Shown: positions 8,697 through 17,454 of the stretch, piece after piece
Layout: each line of letters opens with the position of its first letter
Numbering within the stretch: the stretch's first letter is position 1
IMG/VR virus record: IMGVR_UViG_3300036715_002359
Location: 9,557 to 73,556 of that record
From: a virus
DNA length: 64,000 nucleotides
Reading direction: 5' to 3' (one strand)
Position numbers and translations under genes: made by a program
Notes under the pieces: model-generated
The model's database searches: none
What the model was told of the DNA's origin: nothing
The model's input: the letters and a program-made list of their open reading frames with translations, nothing else

Positions 8697-8987
8697 ATGG
8701 ACCCCCATAAAATTAAAAGCTATGTTTTACAGCACGAGTATAAACTACCTAATGATCAAGTCCAACTTACAAAGCCTATGAAGGTTTTTAAAAAGGTTCT
8801 GGTTTTAAAAGATTTGTTTCTGTATAACGCTAATAATATTAAAGCATATAATCATACAGAAGCAGGTAGACGTCTTCGTAGATCATTAGCTAAACCGACA
8901 GGCGGATTTTGTTTTGATTGGACTACATGTGAAGCAGGTATTCATTTCTTTGTGGATGTAGGATCTGCAATACACTATCGTGGCTAA
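8697..8987 (+). CDS. DUF5758-like hypothetical protein (shortened paralog 2)
   Basis: Shares LPNxQxQLxKPMKVFKKV and CxxGIHFFV with 8190..8690. Confidence 0.6.
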   Translation: MDPHKIKSYVLQHEYKLPNDQVQLTKPMKVFKKVLVLKDLFLYNANNIKAYNHTEAGRRLRRSLAKPTGGFCFDWTTCEAGIHFFVDVGSAIHYRG

Positions 8988-9510
8988 ATGGGTTCTAGTT
9001 GATGTAGAATCTGATGGTCCTTGTCCAGGCATAGATATGTACTCAATGGTTTGTTTTGGAGCTGTTGTTCTAGGAGATAAACTAGACAACAGTTTTTATG
9101 GACAAACATCACCGATCAGTGAAAAGTACATTCCCGATGCCTTGGCAATATCAGGATTCACAAGAACCCAACACGAAAAGTTTGATGATCCGAAACTAAC
9201 TATGGATAAATTTGCTGAATGGCTAAAAAGTATTAACGAACCCATAGTTTTAGTTTCTGATAATCCAGCTTTTGATTGGCAATTCGTTAATTATTATCTC
9301 CATAAGTACACTGGCAATAATCCTTTTGGATTTTCAGCTCGTCGTATAGGGGATATGTACGCAGGTATTATGCGTAATTCAGGTGCAGCAAATAACTGGA
9401 AGAAGTATCGTAAGACCAAACACACTCATAACCCTGTTGACGATGCTAAAGGCAATGCTGAAGCATTGTTGGTGTTTAGGGATAAATATAATTTTAAGGT
9501 ACCAACATGA
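8980..9510 (+). CDS. DEDDh 3'-5' exonuclease (Rv2179c/RNase AS-like)
   Basis: VDVESDGP (ExoI), DNPAFDWQF (ExoII), HTHNPVDDA (ExoIII). Confidence 0.85.
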   Translation: MAKWVLVDVESDGPCPGIDMYSMVCFGAVVLGDKLDNSFYGQTSPISEKYIPDALAISGFTRTQHEKFDDPKLTMDKFAEWLKSINEPIVLVSDNPAFDWQFVNYYLHKYTGNNPFGFSARRIGDMYAGIMRNSGAANNWKKYRKTKHTHNPVDDAKGNAEALLVFRDKYNFKVPT

Positions 9511-9890
9511 ACCAAACAAAAATAGATTTACTAAAAACTCAAATAGCTAACCAAAATTCGCTTATTAGAGCACAAGAGAATACCCTCATGGCTATCGAAG
9601 TTTTATGTCGCAGCCAAGCAGGGCTTCCAGCTCCAACTGATTACAACAAATATGTAACTAATAAGCATGCGGCAAATTCGACTTTAAATGAATACAAAAA
9701 TAAGTTGACTGATCTTAAAACTGCCCTTAAAGCAGCTGAAACTCCTCCTATGCTTCAACGCATTAATCACACACCTACAGCTAGTGTTTACGCATCTCAA
9801 ACAAATGTAGCTCCGGCTTGGCCTTACCCAACTCCACCAGCATTACAACCTATTCCTAAGGCTGTACGAACTGAGGTTCGATTCGGATAA
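9507..9890 (+). CDS. Hypothetical coiled-coil protein
   Basis: 127 aa, overlaps both neighbours. Confidence 0.65.
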   Translation: MNQTKIDLLKTQIANQNSLIRAQENTLMAIEVLCRSQAGLPAPTDYNKYVTNKHAANSTLNEYKNKLTDLKTALKAAETPPMLQRINHTPTASVYASQTNVAPAWPYPTPPALQPIPKAVRTEVRFG

Positions 9891-11065
9891 TGTCTGATTA
9901 TAAGAGGAATATACAGCCAGGTATACCTACCTCAGTACCTAGAGTAGGTAACATACTACAACCAGATGTTTTTGATAGAGTAGTGGACACTATCCTTAAG
10001 GCCCGTCGTTCCAGAAAAGCTAAACATAATGTAACACTTACAGAAGGAAAAAATTTGAGTACTGAACTTGATCCCTCCGAAACCGAAGTACTTTACTCAG
10101 CAAGTGATTTTGCTGAGTATTTACTTCATTCTTTTCTTAAACGTAATCTGTTACAGAAGGTAGATGTCCGTAGACATCAAAAGAAATCCATCTGGGTACG
10201 AGCAGAAAATGCTTCAGAGATGTTGGATCTCCTGGCTAAAAAATACTCGTTAAACATCACTCAAGATAGTTCCAAAACGTTCCTGATAAACGATGTAGTA
10301 TTCATTTGTTTGAATGCTACTAAAGGTGAATTTATCGGCATTAGAATCTATTCAGTTAGTAAAGAACTTTCTGAAGAGATTATCAAAGATGTGGACTCTT
10401 TTTCATGCACAGCTAATCAATTGTCCTTTGAATGGATTTATTCTCCAGAAGGTCATAGCATGACTATTACTGAAGAATGGGATGAAACTGTGGATGCCAG
10501 TTTGTATCCTAATATTCAAGACTTTGATACATTCACAAAACGATTCATTGAGTCGAAAAGTAATATACTTATTCTTCAAGGTCCACCAGGTACAGGTAAG
10601 ACGACTTTGATTAAGCATTTAATGTTAGCCATGAACAACAAGGCTTATGTTACTTATGACTCCAGAGTTTTAAGTAATGATGGCTCATTTGCTCGTTACA
10701 TGGAAGATAGTAGTGCGGGTGCTTTCATCATTGAAGATGCTGATACTTTTCTTAAATCTCGTGCTGAGGGTAACGAAATGGTTTCTCGTTTCCTTAACGT
10801 TGGCGATGGTTTGATTAAGTTGAAGAACAAGAAGTTGATCTTCTCCACTAACTTACCAAATCTTAATGATATCGATTCTGCCTTGATTCGCCCAGGTCGT
10901 TGTTTTGGTATTATTAACTTCAGAGCGTTGACTCGTGATGAAGCTCAAGTAGTGGCTGATAAACGTGGCTTTACTTTGGAAGCTGATAAAAAGACTTTTA
11001 CTGTAGCTGAAATTTTCAATTCTCCAGTTCTTAAAAAGGAAGAAGCCAAGTTCGGTTTTTGTTAG
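9890..11065 (+). CDS. AAA+ ATPase
   Basis: Walker A GPPGTGKT, Walker B FIIEDAD, FSTN...IDSALIRPGR second region of homology. Confidence 0.9.
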   Translation: MSDYKRNIQPGIPTSVPRVGNILQPDVFDRVVDTILKARRSRKAKHNVTLTEGKNLSTELDPSETEVLYSASDFAEYLLHSFLKRNLLQKVDVRRHQKKSIWVRAENASEMLDLLAKKYSLNITQDSSKTFLINDVVFICLNATKGEFIGIRIYSVSKELSEEIIKDVDSFSCTANQLSFEWIYSPEGHSMTITEEWDETVDASLYPNIQDFDTFTKRFIESKSNILILQGPPGTGKTTLIKHLMLAMNNKAYVTYDSRVLSNDGSFARYMEDSSAGAFIIEDADTFLKSRAEGNEMVSRFLNVGDGLIKLKNKKLIFSTNLPNLNDIDSALIRPGRCFGIINFRALTRDEAQVVADKRGFTLEADKKTFTVAEIFNSPVLKKEEAKFGFC

Positions 11066-11066
11066 T

Positions 11067-11264
11067 ATGAAAAGAGAAGACGCTCTCAAAATTGCTCGAT
11101 CTCCTGAAGGTGGAGCATGGGCTGCTTGTGATCCAGATAAGGTAACCAGATTACTTATGCTGATTAACGAAGTTGAGAAAACTACTTGGGGCAAGGCTAA
11201 TGAAACTATCCAAAAATTAACCAAAGGGTATGATCCTCGTTTAGAAGATATGCCTCCGAGTTAA
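11067..11264 (+). CDS. Hypothetical protein
   Basis: 65 aa, directly follows the ATPase. Confidence 0.6.
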   Translation: MKREDALKIARSPEGGAWAACDPDKVTRLLMLINEVEKTTWGKANETIQKLTKGYDPRLEDMPPS

Positions 11265-11280
11265 ATCTCGATGCCTCTTC

Positions 11281-11290
11281 TTGGTATAAG
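11281..11290 (+). promoter_or_regulatory. Putative early promoter TTGGTATAAG
   Basis: Exact motif. Confidence 0.75.
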
Positions 11291-11331
11291 AAAAATGTAG
11301 TAAATATTAACTTAACTTTTGAAAGAAGATC

Positions 11332-11724
11332 ATGAAGACGAATTCACGTTTACTCGGTACCATCGGTGCCATTATCATTATGGTTGTGCTCGTTTTTACA
11401 TTCAAAGACGCAAGGGCTGATTGCTACTCGGACGGTGTTAGAAAAGGAGAAATACAAAAGTTCTCAGCCAAGGGTCTGATCAATAAAAGCTGGGAAGGTG
11501 AAATGGTTCAAGACGGTGTTCGTGGTAAGCAAGTGGGTCAGTCAGCCGCTGTCACTAACATCTGGAAATTTTCTGTTACCGACCCTGCTGTAGCAAAGAA
11601 AGTTGAAGCAGCAATGTTTGAAGGTGGTCGAGTAGCAGTTAAGTATTGCCAATCTGCCTTTACCAATTCTTTGATGCAGAACACTTCCTACACCGTTACT
11701 GACGTCAAGGTTATACCAAAATGA
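11332..11724 (+). CDS. Membrane-anchored/exported hypothetical protein
   Basis: N-terminal TM or signal; YSDGVRKGEIQKFSAKG...KSWEG conserved-looking periplasmic domain. Confidence 0.7.
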   Translation: MKTNSRLLGTIGAIIIMVVLVFTFKDARADCYSDGVRKGEIQKFSAKGLINKSWEGEMVQDGVRGKQVGQSAAVTNIWKFSVTDPAVAKKVEAAMFEGGRVAVKYCQSAFTNSLMQNTSYTVTDVKVIPK

Positions 11725-11954
11725 AATCTTGGTTAATAATCTTTTTGGTCACGATTCTTTTAATTGCGTGTGCTCCAAAAGACTTCGTAACTACTGGCGG
11801 CAAAGCTGTACCTCTAGCTTACGCTGCATCAGAATTTTGTTATGACGGGGTAGTATATGTGGAATTTGGTACTGGTAATTCTGCTACTGGTAGTGTCAAA
11901 TTTACTCCAGACGATAAAGTTGTTACTTGTACGTATTCCCCTCAAAAGAAATAA
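11721..11954 (+). CDS. Putative lipoprotein
   Basis: Signal peptide with lipobox LIAC; CYDGVVYVEF. Confidence 0.7.
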   Translation: MKSWLIIFLVTILLIACAPKDFVTTGGKAVPLAYAASEFCYDGVVYVEFGTGNSATGSVKFTPDDKVVTCTYSPQKK

Positions 11955-11957
11955 ACT

Positions 11958-11985
11958 AAAGCCGGACTAACACCCGGCTTTTTTT
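11958..11985 (+). terminator. Intrinsic terminator
   Basis: AAAGCCGG-loop-CCGGCTTTTTTT. Confidence 0.85.
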
Positions 11986-12032
11986 AGCTGATTTAAGACG
12001 TTTTTAAATTAGCAAGTCCCACCCTATTAAAA

Positions 12033-12290
12033 ATGTTTAAACGTGGCTCCAAGAGCCTATACGAAAGAAATAGAATGACACGAGAACTAATCATAGATGG
12101 TGTTGTACGAGGTTTGATTATTGAGAATCAACCTGATGGTGTTTGCACTGATTGTGGTGCTATTGAAGAAACTAGACCATATGGTAAATATGGAGCTGAA
12201 ATTTGTTTTACTTGTGGTATGAAAGATAAAGATCAAACTAATGCTATGTTTGAAAAACGTTTAGAAGCCATGGGAAGTAAAGTTCACTAA
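12033..12290 (+). CDS. Small Zn-finger protein
   Basis: CTDCG...TRPYG...EICFTCG. True start may be 12075. Confidence 0.7.
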   Translation: MFKRGSKSLYERNRMTRELIIDGVVRGLIIENQPDGVCTDCGAIEETRPYGKYGAEICFTCGMKDKDQTNAMFEKRLEAMGSKVH

Positions 12291-12296
12291 GCCAAT

Positions 12297-12306
12297 TTGG
12301 TATAAG
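12297..12306 (+). promoter_or_regulatory. Putative early promoter TTGGTATAAG
   Basis: Exact motif. Confidence 0.75.
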
Positions 12307-12336
12307 TAGAGTGGATAATAACTAAAGGAATTTTCC

Positions 12337-12546
12337 ATGAATACCTTAAATATTAACACTGAACTTGTAATTGGTTTCTTTGTCGTGCTCTTTACTGGAT
12401 ATTTGGCACAAGTAGCATTTGTTGATGCTCCAGTAAAAGAGTTGGAACGTAATTCGTTTCGACTTGGTTGCATTCAAGTGGGTATCGATCCCCACGATGT
12501 ATGTGACAAAAAAGCAATTGAATATATACGCAGTAAGCACAAATAA
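12337..12546 (+). CDS. Small membrane protein
   Basis: 69 aa, AAGGA RBS, one TM segment. Confidence 0.65.
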   Translation: MNTLNINTELVIGFFVVLFTGYLAQVAFVDAPVKELERNSFRLGCIQVGIDPHDVCDKKAIEYIRSKHK

Positions 12547-12557
12547 AGGGTAGGATC

Positions 12558-12788
12558 ATTCCAATTTACCAGGAACGATACGTCAGAGATATCGATGCTC
12601 AAAAAGGTCGAAACAGGCATTACCAACGAATCGATAAGTTGATCAAGAAAAAGTATAATCTCTCTGATGACATGATTTTGGAAATCAATGGGGTAAAGTA
12701 TGTAATGGATGCCGAAATAGAAGTAGTCAATCCTATGGCATCTGATCAGTCTGCCTACAAGTCTATGAAGTTGAATTTGATGTTGTAA
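12558..12788 (+). CDS. Hypothetical 76-aa protein, possibly ATT-initiated (not in ORF track)
   Basis: Stop-free frame IPIYQERYVRDIDAQKGR...KLNLML* fills the gap up to the terminator; AGGGTAGGA upstream. Confidence 0.45.
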   Translation: MPIYQERYVRDIDAQKGRNRHYQRIDKLIKKKYNLSDDMILEINGVKYVMDAEIEVVNPMASDQSAYKSMKLNLML

Positions 12789-12797
12789 CAGACAAAG

Positions 12798-12826
12798 AAA
12801 AAGCCCAGATAAACTGGGCTTTTTTT
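12798..12826. terminator. Bidirectional intrinsic terminator
   Basis: AAAAAGCCCAG-loop-CTGGGCTTTTTTT between convergent units. Confidence 0.85.
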
Positions 12827-12844
12827 AGCTTTGCTAAGTTTAGA

Positions 12845-13738
12845 TTAGAAATCGCAGACGATTGCGCCGTCAACGTTACCAATACCAGAACCGATTGCTT
12901 CGTATGTTTCGAATTCGATCATATCAGCTTCAGTCTTCAAGAACACAGTAGCGTCTTGCAAGCTGTAGAATTGACCAAGGTACTCTTGCGGAGCAAAAAC
13001 GATACAACGGTTAGTAGGCAGAATATCTGATTTGTTAGTTGTAATGATTTTGTAACCGAAGAAGTTATCCAACGATGCTTGACCACGGAACAGTTCTGAA
13101 GCAGCAGGAGAACCGATATCTGTAGCAGCGAAAGTTAACAGATCAGCATACATAGCCTGAGTCATCAGGATACAACCGACTGGTAATTTTTTAGCTAACA
13201 GTTTCTTCACAGCAGCCATCAGGTTCACTTTAGTAAATCCACCAGAGATGGTAGAAATGTTCGAGTTCGCAGTTGCGATAGAAACGATGTTGTTGTAGAA
13301 GTTTACGTCTTCTTGTGCTTGCAAATCTTTGACCGAGTTTTCTTGCAGAATCGTACGGATGTCTGTACGGTATGTAGCAAGTTCAAACTTCGATTTTTTG
13401 AAACGATTCGAAGTGATCTTTTGGAAAGTCACTGGGTAACGTGTACCTTTGAAGTAACGAATCTCTGCACGGCCAAGGAAAGGCATGTTTGCAGCAACGC
13501 TGTCAGGCTCTTTCTCAACGATAACAGTTGGTTCTTCAGTCAGTTGACGATCCAACTCGCTAACAGTGATCTGAACTGGGTTCAGAATCTTACGAGTAAA
13601 ACCATCTTCACGCAGTTTTTGACGGACGAATGCGGACATTGCTGCACCGGCTTCTTTTTCCATCCCGCCGTCGATCTTGTCTAAGAACGACTTGTTCAAA
13701 AATTGAACATTAATTGTTTCTGTATTATATCCGCTCAT
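12845..13738 (-). CDS. Major capsid protein (HK97-fold, inferred)
   Basis: 297 aa with codon bias typical of high expression. DLQAQEDVNF backbone-helix-like segment and C-terminal YEAIGSGIGN; follows protease, scaffold and decoration genes. Confidence 0.75.
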   Translation of the reverse strand: MSGYNTETINVQFLNKSFLDKIDGGMEKEAGAAMSAFVRQKLREDGFTRKILNPVQITVSELDRQLTEEPTVIVEKEPDSVAANMPFLGRAEIRYFKGTRYPVTFQKITSNRFKKSKFELATYRTDIRTILQENSVKDLQAQEDVNFYNNIVSIATANSNISTISGGFTKVNLMAAVKKLLAKKLPVGCILMTQAMYADLLTFAATDIGSPAASELFRGQASLDNFFGYKIITTNKSDILPTNRCIVFAPQEYLGQFYSLQDATVFLKTEADMIEFETYEAIGSGIGNVDGAIVCDF

Positions 13739-13749
13739 TATTTTCTCTC

Positions 13750-14193
13750 TTATTTCACAAGAACAGTTAAGTGGGCGGTTTCGGTTGTGCTAACAGCTAT
13801 CACATCCAGAACAACTGCCACGATTGGATCAGTACCTTGAACACCAAGAGTTAACACTCCAGGGTTTGCGGTTTTGATTGTCAGTGGGCTACCAGGTGCA
13901 TATGTGGGCACAGCGTCATAGTTAGAAACGTCAACAATGAAACCACTCCACAGTACAACTGCTTTGTTAGTATTCAGAGATGATGCTGAATCACCATTAC
14001 CTACCATTACTAGACCAGCTGGGGCACCAGCGGACAGATTGACTGTCAGAGTTTTCGCTACAGTACCATCGGTCTGCTTTGAAACCCAGTCACCATTTAC
14101 TAAGGTAGTCGAGGCTTTGATGAGTTCTGCACGCTCTACAGCGCCATCATTCGGCCAACCACGACGGACCATTGCTACGGCTTCCATCTTCAT
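13750..14193 (-). CDS. Putative capsid decoration/cement protein
   Basis: 147 aa, beta-rich, immediately upstream of the MCP; YAPGSPLT pattern. Confidence 0.6.
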   Translation of the reverse strand: MKMEAVAMVRRGWPNDGAVERAELIKASTTLVNGDWVSKQTDGTVAKTLTVNLSAGAPAGLVMVGNGDSASSLNTNKAVVLWSGFIVDVSNYDAVPTYAPGSPLTIKTANPGVLTLGVQGTDPIVAVVLDVIAVSTTETAHLTVLVK

Positions 14194-14277
14194 TTTATAA
14201 TTCCTTATGTTTGTTTTTACTTACCCCAGCCAAGGCTGAAGCTATTATCTTTTCGTTACATTGCTGTAACTAATTCT

Positions 14278-14284
14278 TATTTTA
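14278..14284 (-). promoter_or_regulatory. Putative late promoter motif TAAAATA (decoration/MCP unit)
   Basis: Recurrent motif; small hairpins in the leader. Confidence 0.5.
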
Positions 14285-14310
14285 ATGCCTAAATCAAATT
14301 ACGTCGGAAT

Positions 14311-14775
14311 TTAGTATCCGTTGTTATCATCTTGTCTGTTACTTTTTAAAGCCATTCCTGCACCAAGTCCCACAGCACCAGCAGCTACAGCACCTTTACC
14401 AACTTGAGCTTGAGCACGGCGCATATTTAATTCTGCGTTATTAGCTTTACCTTGAAGGTCTTTAATTTTTCCACCTAAGCGGTTAACTGCTTTATTATGA
14501 GCATCAACGTGAGGTTTAGCACTCATAGCTCCGCCAATTTCATTGACTCTAGCAGCAGCACTACCTTGGACCATGCCAGGAGTTCTATTACCAATAGATC
14601 CGATAGCAGCAGCTCTTGCACTATGTTCGGCTTGTAGACCACTAAGTTTTTGAGCACGGGCTACTAAAGGTTTGTAATCCTTACCCATAGCAGTACTAAC
14701 GGTCCTAACACCAGTTTTGATGGCGTTACCAATACCGCTTAATCCTGCAATTTTTTCTAAGTATTTGTTTGTCAT
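14311..14775 (-). CDS. Putative internal head/ejection protein (MTNKYLEKIA tag, C-terminal glycine zipper)
   Basis: N-terminal tag; GKGAVAAGAVGLGAGMAL. Confidence 0.7.
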   Translation of the reverse strand: MTNKYLEKIAGLSGIGNAIKTGVRTVSTAMGKDYKPLVARAQKLSGLQAEHSARAAAIGSIGNRTPGMVQGSAAARVNEIGGAMSAKPHVDAHNKAVNRLGGKIKDLQGKANNAELNMRRAQAQVGKGAVAAGAVGLGAGMALKSNRQDDNNGY

Positions 14776-14778
14776 GGC

Positions 14779-15360
14779 TTAGCTCAGCATGAACTCAAGC
14801 AAAGCGTCAGTCTGTGGTCTAGCAAATCCATCTCCACGGCCCATTTCCCAAGGCTCATCCATTACAGACGCAACTTTAGTCAGCAATGCTGGATCCATAG
14901 TTTTTAATTGTTCTAAATCTTCGAAAGTAAAAGCACCTGATCCAGCCATTTTAGTAAATTGTTCTGGTAATTTGATTTCTTCTACTTGAGTAAAATTAGC
15001 AGCTTTTTCCAGAGTTTCTGTAGCTTCGTCTAATTTTGTTTCTAGCTCATCGATATAAGCAGCAGCTTTTTGTAGAAGACCCACGGTTGGATCCACATCA
15101 GCTTCTGGTGCAAAAGAAACTAAATCTTTCAAATTTACCTTAGCAGCTTTAACTAGAGCAACAGCTTGGTCAAGATCAATACCACTCATAGCCATAAGCT
15201 CTTGAGCAGCCACTTTTTCCATAGTATGTTGAGCAACTGTTAAACGAGCATCTTTATCAGAATACCCAGCTTGTTTTAAAAGACCAATTGCTACTTCTTC
15301 AGGCGAACCCAAACGAAGTTCTTCAGCATGGTTTAATAGAGTTTGTGAAATTTGAGCCAT
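14779..15360 (-). CDS. Putative scaffold/head-core protein rich in K-x-A motifs
   Basis: LLKQAG, MEKVAA, LQKAAA, LEKAAN, FTKMAG, LTKVAS. Confidence 0.6.
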   Translation of the reverse strand: MAQISQTLLNHAEELRLGSPEEVAIGLLKQAGYSDKDARLTVAQHTMEKVAAQELMAMSGIDLDQAVALVKAAKVNLKDLVSFAPEADVDPTVGLLQKAAAYIDELETKLDEATETLEKAANFTQVEEIKLPEQFTKMAGSGAFTFEDLEQLKTMDPALLTKVASVMDEPWEMGRGDGFARPQTDALLEFMLS

Positions 15361-15944
15361 TATTTGTAATCTTCCTTGAGTAAATCTAATATGTACGGAT
15401 GAGCTACGTTTATTGATTCTAATGCATTGTCCCTAGCTGCGATACGACCTGTATGTGCTCCTACACCTAATCCAGCAATAGCTCCTAATGCTCCTATTTG
15501 TAATGCTTTACCAGTAAAAGGTAATCCCCATAGTGCTCCTAGTGCTCCCCCAGCTAAAGCTCCACCACTCATGTATTTAAGTTGAGTGCTAAAACCTTTA
15601 TTTTCAATATGGTTAGCATATTCATGATATTGAGGGCGTTCTAAAGTTACTTGACCAGTTGCAAGATTTTTATTTCCCCAACCAGAATGTCCTGGTATTT
15701 GGTAATTTTCAGCAATCTTTTCTAAATATATATTATTCATGGCTTCTTTATCTAAATGTTTATTAAGTTTAACCGCAGCGTAATCAGTAGCTAAGGCTGT
15801 ACCTGTACCTAAGGCTGTCATCTTCTTGACACTAGTAGACCAACCAAGTTTTTTACCTAGCACATTAGCCCCTAATGTACCTAGAGCACCAGCACCAAAA
15901 ATAGTGGCTGTGTGTTTAATGTCTTTTTTAGATTGGTCGTTCAT
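15360..15944 (-). CDS. Putative internal head/ejection protein with glycine zippers
   Basis: Internal MNNIYLEKIA; GGALAGGALGALWG and GALGAIAGLGVG. Confidence 0.65.
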   Translation of the reverse strand: MNDQSKKDIKHTATIFGAGALGTLGANVLGKKLGWSTSVKKMTALGTGTALATDYAAVKLNKHLDKEAMNNIYLEKIAENYQIPGHSGWGNKNLATGQVTLERPQYHEYANHIENKGFSTQLKYMSGGALAGGALGALWGLPFTGKALQIGALGAIAGLGVGAHTGRIAARDNALESINVAHPYILDLLKEDYK

Positions 15945-16061
15945 TTGAACCTTTAATTTTGTTATATAAACTAGGTGATAAAGTCCGCTCTGTTTGCCGG
16001 TATATTAGAGCCAATTTATATAAAAAAATGGCCGAGCCGAAGCTCAGCCAAATTTGTAAGA

Positions 16062-17381
16062 TTAATAACCGTACAGTTCGTCAGCTTTTGCGTTAACCAG
16101 ATTAACTGCAGTGTCAAAATCAACACCAGCATCAATCAAGCCATCAACAGCAGCTTTTTTCTCACGGCCTAAAGCGTAACCAGCAGCACCTCCAAGGCCA
16201 GTAGCGCCCACACCGGCAGCAATACCGAATGTTTTAGGATTGGACTTAACGATTCTAGCAGCGTTAGAACCAGTAGCTTTAGCCATTTCTTTAGCAGCAG
16301 TACCGTATGCATGGGCAGTACCATAAGCATCACCAGCTTTACGAGCGATGTTAGAACCAGTAGCTTTAGCCATTTCTTTAGCAGCAGTACCGTATGCATG
16401 GGCAGTACCAACAGCATCACCAGCTTTACGAGCGATGTTAGAACCAGTAGCTTTAGCCATTTCTTTAGCAGCAGTACCGTATGCATGGGCAGTACCATAA
16501 GCTTTACCTACAGCAGCTTTAGCAGCTTGCATTTTGCTTGCTGATTTGATCAGAGCAACGGCAAAGTCAAAATCAACACCCGAATCCAACAGTTCGTTGA
16601 ATGCAGCTTGCTTAACTTGTTCTTCGTGTTCTTCTTCCAATTCATCAGAAGCTTGCTTAACCAGATTAACAGCTTCATCAAAATCCAGACCAGAATTAAC
16701 CAGAGCTATAACAGCTGCAGTTTTCTCTTGGTCTGTGCCGTTCAGACCAGCAGGACCAACGATACCAACTTGAGCTGGAACTTGGTCATTAATAGCACCT
16801 TCAGCATGAGCAGTATTACCAGTTTCTTGTTCGTCTTTAGCACTTGTTGAAGCCATAGCGTCAGAAACGATAGCATCGAAGATTTGGTTAATGGTACCAC
16901 CATTGCCTAGACCATCAGTTCCAGGAGTTGCTTGGAACGACATGTCGTGTTCAGCACGTTGTTGAGCCAGATCAACTTGAGTCTTGTTTGGCACAACCCC
17001 AGCAGGGATACCATTTGAAGTGCTCTCGTCGCCTACACCGGCTTGTTTCAGTAATGCTTGAGCTAGTGCTTTACCAGCGTAAGAAGCTTGTTTGTTCATT
17101 TCTTCACCTTTGTTAGTTTGTTCAGTTGTTTTGGAAGCAGCTACTTTTTCCATGATTTCTTTTGCAAGATCTGATCCAGCTTTGAAAGCCGCTGATGCAG
17201 TTTTTTCTTGATCTTTCTTACCGGCCAAAGTTACGCTTTTGTCGCCGTCTTCTTCTTCTTCATCTTTAGCAGTAACTTTAGCAGCAGCTGCAGCTTTGTC
17301 TTCCGCTTCTTTATCGGAGGCATCGCTAGCAGATTTTTCTAAGTCTTGCAAAAGACTATCAAGAGTATATAATTGGTTCAT
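16062..17381 (-). CDS. Putative prohead scaffold/core protein
   Basis: 439 aa between protease and MCP. About 10 K-x-A motifs, repeated LxxSGxDFDxAVxLVK modules, 29-aa tandem repeat. Confidence 0.6.
   Translation of the reverse strand: MNQLYTLDSLLQDLEKSASDASDKEAEDKAAAAAKVTAKDEEEEDGDKSVTLAGKKDQEKTASAAFKAGSDLAKEIMEKVAASKTTEQTNKGEEMNKQASYAGKALAQALLKQAGVGDESTSNGIPAGVVPNKTQVDLAQQRAEHDMSFQATPGTDGLGNGGTINQIFDAIVSDAMASTSAKDEQETGNTAHAEGAINDQVPAQVGIVGPAGLNGTDQEKTAAVIALVNSGLDFDEAVNLVKQASDELEEEHEEQVKQAAFNELLDSGVDFDFAVALIKSASKMQAAKAAVGKAYGTAHAYGTAAKEMAKATGSNIARKAGDAVGTAHAYGTAAKEMAKATGSNIARKAGDAYGTAHAYGTAAKEMAKATGSNAARIVKSNPKTFGIAAGVGATGLGGAAGYALGREKKAAVDGLIDAGVDFDTAVNLVNAKADELYGY
16263..16500. repeat. 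87-bp near-perfect tandem repeat (about 2.7 copies) within CDS
   Basis: GTTAGAACCAGTAGCTTTAGCCATTTC... starts at 16263, 16350 and 16437. Confidence 0.9.
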
Positions 17382-17454
17382 TTTTGATTAGTCCTTTTAA
17401 CTATATTTTTAAGGTAGCTTAATTCTACCTAGTTGGGTGTTCCTTGTCAAATCT

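Noticed and set aside
11332-11954. TM protein plus lipoprotein as an i-spanin/o-spanin pair
   Set aside because: Behind an early-type promoter, no long coiled-coil periplasmic domain and no adjacent endolysin or holin; not excluded but unsupported.
16169-16544. Repetitive alternative-frame ORFs; possible CRISPR-like array
   Set aside because: By-products of the in-frame 87-bp coding repeat; no unique spacers and no cas genes.
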